Notes under the pieces: model-generated
Database searches by the model: none
Seen by the model: the letters and a program-made list of their open reading frames with translations, nothing else
What the model was told of the DNA's origin: nothing
Part shown: positions 17,116-23,446 of the stretch, in pieces
Numbering within the stretch: the first letter of the stretch is position 1
How the letters are laid out: each line of letters begins with the position of its first letter
Origin: Patescibacteria group bacterium
Lineage (GTDB): Bacteria; Patescibacteriota; Patescibacteriia; UBA9570; JAHJKD01
NCBI GenBank assembly: GCA_018822435.1
Contig: JAHJKD010000050.1
Location: 1,531 to 65,530, forward strand
Reading direction: 5' to 3'
Length of the DNA stretch: 64,000 bases
Translations under genes and position numbers: made by a program

Positions 17116-17934
17116 ATGAAAAAAATATTCTTATTCCCTATTCTGGGCATTTTATTATTTACTATTAATTTCTTAGCGACTCCTTCAACCAAAGCATTTA
17201 GCACCGCCACTCATCCCATAGTTATAGATAATATATTAATGGGAGGATCGGGAAATGATGTTTGGATAGATGCTTCATATGGTAAGTATTGGGATTTAAA
17301 AGGAAAAAAATACAAGTTGTATAAAATGCGTTCTTATATTGGCAAAGGTACGGGCAGTGGAATATACCAAGGCCCTCCATCCATGACAGAAATTGTGAGA
17401 ATGAAAAATAATGGGACATATCTGAATAATTTTGTGGCCATCAGAAGCAATTGGAAATTTTTCCCTCAAAAGATAAGGAAGGGCAGTAAAAAATCTCCTA
17501 CTTATAAAAAAGTTATCAAAAAAATATTACGCAGGAATGATTTAGGCCATTTAAAGCCAAAGATCAAACAAATTTACAAAGTTGACCTGGATGGTAATGG
17601 CACCAAAGAAAAAATTATTCATGCTTCCAATATTGATTTTAATAATCCAAATTACTATCAGGAAAAAAATACTTATTCAGTCGTATTTGTAAGAAAGTTA
17701 GTAAATGGAAAAAAGAAAAATATTATTTTGAGGAAAAGCTTTTACACAGAAGACGGAGATTTTGAAGACGGCCCTACATATTCGCATCGCATCCGCGCTA
17801 TCGGCGATTTTAACGGGGATGGAAGAATGGAGGTCGTAGTTGAGACAAGATACTATGAAGGAACTGGATTTTCAATCTTTGAAGTAAAAAAGAAAAAAGC
17901 CGTGCCTGTACTCAGTAACGGCTCAGGAGCATAA
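17116..17934 (+). CDS. Secreted protein with a C-terminal FG-GAP/VCBS-like repeat
   Basis: 272-aa ORF with signal peptide MKKIFLFPILGILLFTINFLATPSTKA and IGDFNGDGRMEVVVE near the C-terminus. Confidence 0.6.
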   Translation: MKKIFLFPILGILLFTINFLATPSTKAFSTATHPIVIDNILMGGSGNDVWIDASYGKYWDLKGKKYKLYKMRSYIGKGTGSGIYQGPPSMTEIVRMKNNGTYLNNFVAIRSNWKFFPQKIRKGSKKSPTYKKVIKKILRRNDLGHLKPKIKQIYKVDLDGNGTKEKIIHASNIDFNNPNYYQEKNTYSVVFVRKLVNGKKKNIILRKSFYTEDGDFEDGPTYSHRIRAIGDFNGDGRMEVVVETRYYEGTGFSIFEVKKKKAVPVLSNGSGA

Positions 17935-17946
17935 TATAAATAAAAC

Positions 17947-17971
17947 GACCCGCCTTCCAAGCGGGTCTTTT
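17947..17971 (+). terminator. Conserved hairpin family, copy 2
   Basis: GACCCGCCTTCCAAGCGGGTC plus TTTT, directly after the stop. Confidence 0.7.
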
Positions 17972-18023
17972 CTTATTTAAAAAAAATATGATATTATTAC
18001 ATTGAAAGGAATAAATTATATTT

Positions 18024-18761
18024 ATGGCAAATAATATGGAAGGGCGACGGCCAGCTCAAGAGCTGGAGTCAGCCAAAAATGTTACTAAAGAAGAGCTGGA
18101 AAAAATCGCCAAGAAAAAATTGAATTTTATGGTGAAAAAGGATGGATTAATTCTTGCTAGCTCGTTTGAAGATCTCAATTTGGGGGATGATGCCCAAGAC
18201 ACTGAAGGCAGTCCTTATGAATGGTTCCAAATCTTTGATGAAAAAGACCATCCCTACCGAATTGAAGGTAATGATGTCGTTCTTTATCGGAAGGAATGTC
18301 ATGGAAAAGGAAGAATTGAGAACGTTTATCATCGCGGCACCGATGTTTGGATAGTGAACCCAAAGAACGAACTCATGGTCCCTGTTAGAAGTGCAAAAAA
18401 AGACCTCTACTCCTCTATGGGAGACAACAGTGTAAGTGAACATAATAGCATAAGAGAGCCGTATTTAGGCACTGCCGTTAGGGGTTTCCAAGAAGAGCTT
18501 GGAATATCGGTCCCCCCTGAAGGACTATCCCTTGTGTGCAAATTTCCAGTGCATGATAAAAATCAATGGCAATGGTCTCAATATTACGTATTTCCCGATA
18601 AAGAAGGAAAATATAATCCGTCTGAAGAAGAAATAGGGGAAGTCCGCTGGATTCCCTTACAAAATTTATTTACAGAGGAAGGGATAAAAAAAATAAATTT
18701 TCGACTAGACCATTTACCCGCTCTAAAAGTATTTCTAGAAAAAATAAAAAATAAAAAATAA
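18024..18761 (+). CDS. Nudix hydrolase (IDI-like subfamily)
   Basis: 245-aa ORF with a Nudix box region GTAVRGFQEELGI and an upstream ...HRGTDVWIVNPKNELMV... layout. Confidence 0.7.
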   Translation: MANNMEGRRPAQELESAKNVTKEELEKIAKKKLNFMVKKDGLILASSFEDLNLGDDAQDTEGSPYEWFQIFDEKDHPYRIEGNDVVLYRKECHGKGRIENVYHRGTDVWIVNPKNELMVPVRSAKKDLYSSMGDNSVSEHNSIREPYLGTAVRGFQEELGISVPPEGLSLVCKFPVHDKNQWQWSQYYVFPDKEGKYNPSEEEIGEVRWIPLQNLFTEEGIKKINFRLDHLPALKVFLEKIKNKK

Positions 18762-18766
18762 AAAAA

Positions 18767-18793
18767 CGCCCGCCTATCAAGCGGGTCTTTTTT
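18767..18793 (+). terminator. Conserved hairpin family, copy 3
   Basis: CGCCCGCCTATCAAGCGGGTC followed by T6. Confidence 0.7.
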
Positions 18794-18832
18794 ATCCCTT
18801 TACATTCAGACTTTTTTTGATAAAATATCAAT

Positions 18833-19531
18833 ATGGGAGAAAAATACGAATACAATCAAAGTGGTGCAGAAGCCTACAAAGAATTAGGTATCGAGGGAAC
18901 TACATATGAAATGTCATTCTCTGAGATGAAAAGGATGCTTGGAAATATTCAAGGCATGAATTTTTTAGATTTCGGCTGCGGTTCAGGTCGTAGCGCACGA
19001 TTCCTAAAAACTCTCGGCGCTAAAAACGTCATTGGTGTTGATCATAATGAATCTATGATAAAACAGGCCAAGGCAACGGCAGTACAAGGGATTGATTTCA
19101 GGCTGATCAAAGAAAAAATTCCTCTAGACGATGATTCCGTTGACGGCGTAATTAGTTCAGCAGTTTTCTTAGAAATAAAAAATTTGGCTGATATGGAAAA
19201 AACGGCCAGGGAAATTGCCCGAGTTCTCAAGCCCGGTGGCGTATTCATACTAGTTACCGTAAATCCGGACGCCTTCGGGCATGATTTTGTAAGTTTTACC
19301 AGAACAGGAAACCCTGCAGAACTCGAAAGCGGCGATATGACTGAATGCCGGATGAAAGGAAAAAAACCATTTGTAATAGATGATATATTCTGGACCGAAG
19401 ACGATTATAGACAAGTGCTTGAATCAGCCGGTTTTACCATCGAAGATATTGTTTTCCCGAAAGCAGAATCAGGTAATTGGCTGGATGAAACAAATGTCGC
19501 ACCTGATATGGTCATAAAAGCAACAAAATAA
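18833..19531 (+). CDS. Class I SAM-dependent methyltransferase
   Basis: 232-aa ORF with motif I FLDFGCGSGR and a later LKPGGVFILV. The promoter TTTACA-N16-(TGa)TAAAAT ends 6 nt before the ATG, so the mRNA is possibly leaderless. Confidence 0.8.
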   Translation: MGEKYEYNQSGAEAYKELGIEGTTYEMSFSEMKRMLGNIQGMNFLDFGCGSGRSARFLKTLGAKNVIGVDHNESMIKQAKATAVQGIDFRLIKEKIPLDDDSVDGVISSAVFLEIKNLADMEKTAREIARVLKPGGVFILVTVNPDAFGHDFVSFTRTGNPAELESGDMTECRMKGKKPFVIDDIFWTEDDYRQVLESAGFTIEDIVFPKAESGNWLDETNVAPDMVIKATK

Positions 19532-19534
19532 AAC

Positions 19535-19561
19535 GACCCGCCTATCAAGCGGGTCTTTTTT
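19535..19561 (+). terminator. Conserved hairpin family, copy 4
   Basis: GACCCGCCTATCAAGCGGGTC followed by T6. Confidence 0.7.
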
Positions 19562-19614
19562 AATTTTTTAACCACTTCTTCTGAACACCAAAATTTGATA
19601 TACAAAAGAAGGGG

Positions 19615-19646
19615 CGGGGGCATGGTTCTTGCGAACGCAGCCCCCG
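19615..19646 (-). terminator. GC hairpin terminator of 19678..19923
   Basis: On the minus strand, CGGGGGC-18 nt-GCCCCCG is followed by CCCCTTCTTTTGTAT. Confidence 0.5.
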
Positions 19647-19677
19647 TTTGATCCCGTAAACTACCGAAGCATCCACG

Positions 19678-19923
19678 TCACTCTTCATCCTCGTCCTTCG
19701 TATCCTCCTCTTCTTTTTCCTCATTTTTTTCCTGAACAAGACGTGCGATGCTTTCAGGAATCTGACTGACTAGTAAACCTAAGAAGAAAAGAGACAGTGC
19801 TATAGCCATACAAAGCACGACAATCGCAACCTCTGCGTTCCCATTGAAAACACATATGCAAGCCAAACCAGAAGAGAGGAAAAAAGTAGCCATCCATAAA
19901 GGGAATACGATACTTTTTGTCAT
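19678..19923 (-). CDS. Small membrane protein (81 aa, two predicted TM helices, acidic tail); GC-rich island gene
   Basis: SD AGGAGG lies 5-6 nt upstream of the ATG. Two hydrophobic stretches, FPLWMATFFLSSGLACICVF and VAIVVLCMAIALSLFFLGLLV, are followed by an EEKEEEDTKDEDEE tail. Confidence 0.6.
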   Translation of the reverse strand: MTKSIVFPLWMATFFLSSGLACICVFNGNAEVAIVVLCMAIALSLFFLGLLVSQIPESIARLVQEKNEEKEEEDTKDEDEE

Positions 19924-20023
19924 GGTAACCTCCTAATAGGTGGATGAAGTTGTTAACGGTCGCCTGTTCCGGATTCGCCGGCAACTTATTTTGCCGACTA
20001 AATCACTAGATACAGGATAGGCG

Positions 20024-20052
20024 ACCTTACCATTTCAGCGATCCCTTGTCAA
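20024..20052 (-). promoter_or_regulatory. Sigma70-like promoter for 19678..19923
   Basis: Minus strand TTGACA (20052-20047), 17-nt spacer, TAAGGT (20029-20024). About 100 nt of GC-rich 5' UTR follows. Confidence 0.4.
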
Positions 20053-20085
20053 TAGTCGCTCTTGAATAATTATTATCAATAAAAA

Positions 20086-20110
20086 CACCCGCCTATCAAG
20101 CGGGTCTTTT
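20086..20110 (+). terminator. Conserved hairpin family, copy 5 (no plus-strand gene precedes it)
   Basis: CACCCGCCTATCAAGCGGGTC plus TTTT. Confidence 0.6.
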
Positions 20111-20168
20111 CTTTAATAAAAATAATATTTCTGATATATTTAATCATATCTAGATAAATAAACATTTT

Positions 20169-20639
20169 ATGCCACAAAATAATTCAAGACCAGCTAAAAA
20201 ACCTTTTACGGAAAACGAACAAGTTCTTCTAAGGAATAAAGCAATTGATAAAATCAAAGACCTTTTTCTGCCTAATGATAAAATTCTGAAAATAATTCTT
20301 ATTGGATCTTCTGTGAAGGGATCTTTTGGGGAATATGGACCGCCCGGTTTCAGAAACAGCCTATTTTCTGATTTTGATTTCATTTTCTTTGTAAAAGACG
20401 ATTATGAAATTCCTGATTGGTTAAAAAAAGAACCGTCGGGAAAACCTTTCACTGACGACAGTCTTAATCTTGCCTATCGCAACGCAAAAATGGTCGACGA
20501 TAAATATGATATCGAATTTTTCTTTATCAGGGAAGAGAATCTGGATGATAATAATTTTATCGAAGAAGGAGAAGGGGCAGGCATTCCTTTGAAAAAGAAT
20601 TCAAAAATTGAACATCTGACTATTTTTGAAAAAAAATAA
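20169..20639 (+). CDS. Nucleotidyltransferase-fold protein (Pol-beta/MNT-like)
   Basis: 156-aa ORF with LIGSSVKGSFG...SDFDFIFFV, matching the GS-x(n)-DxD pattern. Confidence 0.65.
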   Translation: MPQNNSRPAKKPFTENEQVLLRNKAIDKIKDLFLPNDKILKIILIGSSVKGSFGEYGPPGFRNSLFSDFDFIFFVKDDYEIPDWLKKEPSGKPFTDDSLNLAYRNAKMVDDKYDIEFFFIREENLDDNNFIEEGEGAGIPLKKNSKIEHLTIFEKK

Positions 20640-20643
20640 AAAC

Positions 20644-20670
20644 GATCCGCCTATCAAGCGGGTCTTTTTT
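20644..20670 (+). terminator. Conserved hairpin family, copy 6
   Basis: GATCCGCCTATCAAGCGGGTC followed by T6. Confidence 0.7.
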
Positions 20671-20696
20671 ATTTAAAGTAATTTTAGAAAAATAGT

Positions 20697-20722
20697 GGGA
20701 CTGAATGTAAGGATTCAGTCCC
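20697..20722 (-). terminator. GC hairpin terminator of 20758..21156
   Basis: GGGACTGAAT-GTAAGG-ATTCAGTCCC (10-bp perfect stem), followed on the minus strand by ACTATTTTTCT. Confidence 0.6.
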
Positions 20723-20757
20723 GGGGGAAACAACCGCGCCTTACCGCGGGTGCGACG

Positions 20758-21156
20758 CTAGGCCACTTCGTCGAAGTAGTCCCAGCGCGCCTCATCGATC
20801 TCCTCCACGACCGCCTCGCACATCATGTAGATCATGACGTCGCGCAGCGTGATGTGAGCGGAATGGTCGACGTTGCACTCGAAACCGCAGTAGCACTCAC
20901 AGCAAGATTCCTCGCGGACACCGACGATGCCTCTAGCGGTCTGATCCAGATCCAGCCCATCCAGCATCATGTCCTCGGTGTAGCGGAACAGGACGGCGTC
21001 GGTCATATCCGACGCGCGACCGTAAGCCGCCCGCCAGGTCGAGTCCGTCTCCTTCCACCAGTGATCCGGGCCGAAATGGTCCATGATCCGGCGAGCGAGC
21101 CGCTCGATCAGGTAGGAGGAATCATGCCGGTTACCCTTTTGTTGTACGTTCATCAC
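20758..21156 (-). CDS. Hypothetical acidic 131/132-aa protein; GC-rich island gene
   Basis: SD AAGGAG lies 7 nt upstream of the ATG at 21153 (a GTG at 21156 is also possible). GC-ending codons and a Cys-rich patch CCECYCGFEC. No family recognised. The plus ORF 20695..21264 is a shadow. Confidence 0.6.
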   Translation of the reverse strand: MMNVQQKGNRHDSSYLIERLARRIMDHFGPDHWWKETDSTWRAAYGRASDMTDAVLFRYTEDMMLDGLDLDQTARGIVGVREESCCECYCGFECNVDHSAHITLRDVMIYMMCEAVVEEIDEARWDYFDEVA

Positions 21157-21232
21157 GTATCTCCTTTCAGGAGTTTTACCGCACCTGCTCCATGCAGGAC
21201 GGCGATGGCAATGCCATCATTGAGGGTCAATC

Positions 21233-21261
21233 TGTATATCACATTTTTTCAATTTTGTCAA
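21233..21261 (-). promoter_or_regulatory. Sigma70-like promoter for 20758..21156
   Basis: Minus strand TTGACA (21261-21256), 17-nt spacer, TATACA (21238-21233). Confidence 0.4.
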
Positions 21262-21279
21262 TAGTAATCCATAAAAATA

Positions 21280-21308
21280 TTGACAAATTCTATAATATTT
21301 GCTAATAT
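21280..21308 (+). promoter_or_regulatory. Sigma70-like promoter for 21343..22083
   Basis: TTGACA (21280-21285), 17-nt spacer, TAATAT (21303-21308). Confidence 0.5.
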
Positions 21309-21337
21309 TTACATAGGTTTACATAGGTTTACATAGA
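21308..21337 (+). repeat. Three tandem 10-bp direct repeats (candidate operator)
   Basis: TTTACATAGG TTTACATAGG TTTACATAGA, between the -10 box and the ATG at 21343. Confidence 0.85.
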
Positions 21338-21342
21338 TTATT

Positions 21343-22083
21343 ATGAAAGAAAAATTACATTCAATCGGAGAAACAGCTAACATTATTGGAGTTTCTATTG
21401 ATACTCTACGAAAATGGGATAAAAAAGGCATTTTGCCTTCTTTTCGACCTTCACCTACCAGTAAAAGATACTATCGCCAAGAAGATATTGATGCTTTTTT
21501 AGCAAAAGAAACCCAACTAGATCTGAAATCCATGGCTGAAAAATGGGCCATTGATCCATCTCCTTCTCCCCTGTCCCCGGAATTATATTGCCAGACAAGC
21601 GATGTTTTTCATGCTCGCCTGCAACATCTAGAGGTAGAAATAGCCCGCGTACCTAAATTAAAAGATATTTTTCCCTTAATCGTCGCTGTTATTGGTGAAA
21701 TCGGCAATAATTCTTTCAACCATAACATTGGCAATTGGCCGGATGAGCCAGGCATATTTTTTGGATACGACCTAAAAAACCGCCAAGCTGTTCTGGCTGA
21801 CCGAGGCCAAGGCATCTTAAAAACTCTGAAGCGTGTAGTGCCGGATTTGAAAAACGACCAAACTGCCCTAAAAGTTGCTTTCACCGAATATATTTCCGGC
21901 CGCGCCCCCGAAGACAGGGGCAATGGCCTGAAATTCGTCCGGGACGTAGTGACGGAAAATCCGATACAGCTAAAATTCTTTACCGGTGAGGCGCAACTGG
22001 AGTTAGAACAAAATACAGCTGATTTAGATATTAAAAAAAGCGATCTTTCCTTCCATGGCTGCATCGCCATAATAAATTTCTAA
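21343..22083 (+). CDS. MerR-type HTH fused to a GHKL (RsbW/SpoIIAB-like) ATPase/kinase domain
   Basis: 246-aa ORF. N-terminus IGETANIIGVSIDTLRKWDKKGIL...YYRQEDID is a MerR-type HTH. C-terminus has an N-box-like EIGNNSFNH, a G1-like DRGQGI and a G2-like GNGLKF. Confidence 0.7.
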   Translation: MKEKLHSIGETANIIGVSIDTLRKWDKKGILPSFRPSPTSKRYYRQEDIDAFLAKETQLDLKSMAEKWAIDPSPSPLSPELYCQTSDVFHARLQHLEVEIARVPKLKDIFPLIVAVIGEIGNNSFNHNIGNWPDEPGIFFGYDLKNRQAVLADRGQGILKTLKRVVPDLKNDQTALKVAFTEYISGRAPEDRGNGLKFVRDVVTENPIQLKFFTGEAQLELEQNTADLDIKKSDLSFHGCIAIINF

Positions 22084-22100
22084 CATCCTAATCCTATACT

Positions 22101-22385
22101 ATGAATATTTATCTAAAAAAATTTGGTACTACTCTCGTTTCCCGGCCGGCCGGCAAAGAGGCTTGGCTCGCGCTCCAACCCAATCTTAAGGAATTAGAAG
22201 AAAACGAAAAAATAATTATTGATTTCAAAGGCGTGGCCGTGCTTACCCCTTCCTGGGCGGATGAAGTCGTCTCACCTTTAAAAGACAATTTTCAAAATCA
22301 GATCAGTCTGATAAATACGGAAAATCCGTCTGTCCAAGCCACATTAACTACACTAAAAAAAGCAAAGCAAGACCAAAAATCTTAG
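22101..22385 (+). CDS. STAS-like (DUF4325-type) protein
   Basis: 94-aa ORF. Its size and the pattern ...SRPAGKEAW...IIIDFKGV..LTPSWADEV... match the STAS-like DUF4325 family as I recall it. It lies 18 nt downstream of the GHKL gene. Confidence 0.55.
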   Translation: MNIYLKKFGTTLVSRPAGKEAWLALQPNLKELEENEKIIIDFKGVAVLTPSWADEVVSPLKDNFQNQISLINTENPSVQATLTTLKKAKQDQKS

Positions 22386-22466
22386 TAAAAATTAAAATTT
22401 TATTAATATTTGAATCCATCTATTGATACAATGTATACAAACTTTCTTAGATGTACATGAAAAATA

Positions 22467-22493
22467 ATTCCGCCGTTCAAGCGGGTCTTTTTT
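22467..22493 (+). terminator. Conserved hairpin family, variant copy 7
   Basis: ATTCCGCCGTTCAAGCGGGTC followed by T6. Confidence 0.5.
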
Positions 22494-22547
22494 GACTTAT
22501 CTATGCAAATTGCTATAAAATAGAATAGTAAACAAAAAAATAATTTC

Positions 22548-23021
22548 ATGAACAAGCAAGAAGCCCGAAGACCGACTCCTGAAAAACAAGAAATAAAAAA
22601 AGTTGAAATTGGCAATCTCGATGAGTTTGATATGGATTATTTCCACCAATTAGAGGGCGAAGACGGTTGGATCGCTATAGGACAAGATAATTGCCAAAAC
22701 CAAAAATATTTCACTCTAGGAGGAACAGAAGGAGACAAACTAGGAATAATCGGTGTTTTTGACACGGATGAAGATTCAAATATCACCCACACTGTAATTG
22801 ATCCAAAATTCCGTGGTCAAAGGCTGGCCAGCCGAGCCAAGCACGAATTGATGGACAAACTGAATCTGCCTTTTATTACTATGATAATAGATTTGGATAA
22901 TCTTCCCTCTATCAAAGCGACAGAAAAAATCCCTGGCGTTAAAAGAGTGAGCGATGATACTTATGAAGAAGAATTTCATAAGGTCAAACTTGTTTATGAA
23001 AAACCTCCAACAAATACCTAA
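22548..23021 (+). CDS. Putative GNAT-family acetyltransferase
   Basis: 157-aa ORF. VIDPKFRGQRLASRAKHELMDKL resembles GNAT motif A. Weak call. Confidence 0.45.
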   Translation: MNKQEARRPTPEKQEIKKVEIGNLDEFDMDYFHQLEGEDGWIAIGQDNCQNQKYFTLGGTEGDKLGIIGVFDTDEDSNITHTVIDPKFRGQRLASRAKHELMDKLNLPFITMIIDLDNLPSIKATEKIPGVKRVSDDTYEEEFHKVKLVYEKPPTNT

Positions 23022-23037
23022 AAATTAACTTAAAAAC

Positions 23038-23427
23038 ATGCTAGAATCATTTGAAGTTTCCGATATATTCCCGGTCAGCCCAGAAGAATTATATTCTGCC
23101 TGGTTAGATAGTAAAAAACATGGTGCCTTTACTGGCAGCAAAGCCAAAATCGATCCTAAAGTCGGGGGAAAATTTACGGCTTGGGACGGATACATTGAAG
23201 GTGAGACTGTAAAGCTCGAACCAAATAAAAAAATCTTGCAAAAATGGCGCACGACTGAATTCCCTGAAGATAGCAAGGATTCAAAACTTGAATTAATATT
23301 TGAGGAAGTTGATGAAGGCACTAAACTGACTATTAAACATTCTGATGTGCCTGAAGGCCAAGCGAAAAACTATAAACCAGGTTGGGATGAATCTTATTTC
23401 CAGCCCATGCAAGAATATTTTGAATAA
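23038..23427 (+). CDS. SRPBCC/AHSA1-domain protein
   Basis: 129-aa ORF. PEELYSAWLDSKKHGAFTG...GGKFTAWDGYIEGE...LQKWR... is typical of Aha1-like SRPBCC proteins. Confidence 0.65.
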   Translation: MLESFEVSDIFPVSPEELYSAWLDSKKHGAFTGSKAKIDPKVGGKFTAWDGYIEGETVKLEPNKKILQKWRTTEFPEDSKDSKLELIFEEVDEGTKLTIKHSDVPEGQAKNYKPGWDESYFQPMQEYFE

Positions 23428-23446
23428 TTAAAAATAAAATAATTTT

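Noticed and set aside
19924-20023. The leader of the small membrane protein as a known riboswitch, since fluoride and guanidine classes often precede small transporters.
   Set aside because: I could not match the sequence to the conserved cores of those classes as I remember them. The longest helix overlaps the -10 box, so it may not be transcribed. It is reported only as an unclassified structured leader.
16597-22493. Whether the eight hairpin repeats form a CRISPR array or a canonical integron attC array.
   Set aside because: - **Not CRISPR:** the spacing is gene-sized (0.5-1.8 kb) and irregular, and each repeat is an A-tract/stem/T-run terminator at a stop codon.
- **Not a canonical integron:** the repeats are about 30 bp rather than 57 bp or more, and they lack the GTTRRRY/RYYYAAC cores. 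No IntI gene is present either.

I kept it only as a cassette-like observation.
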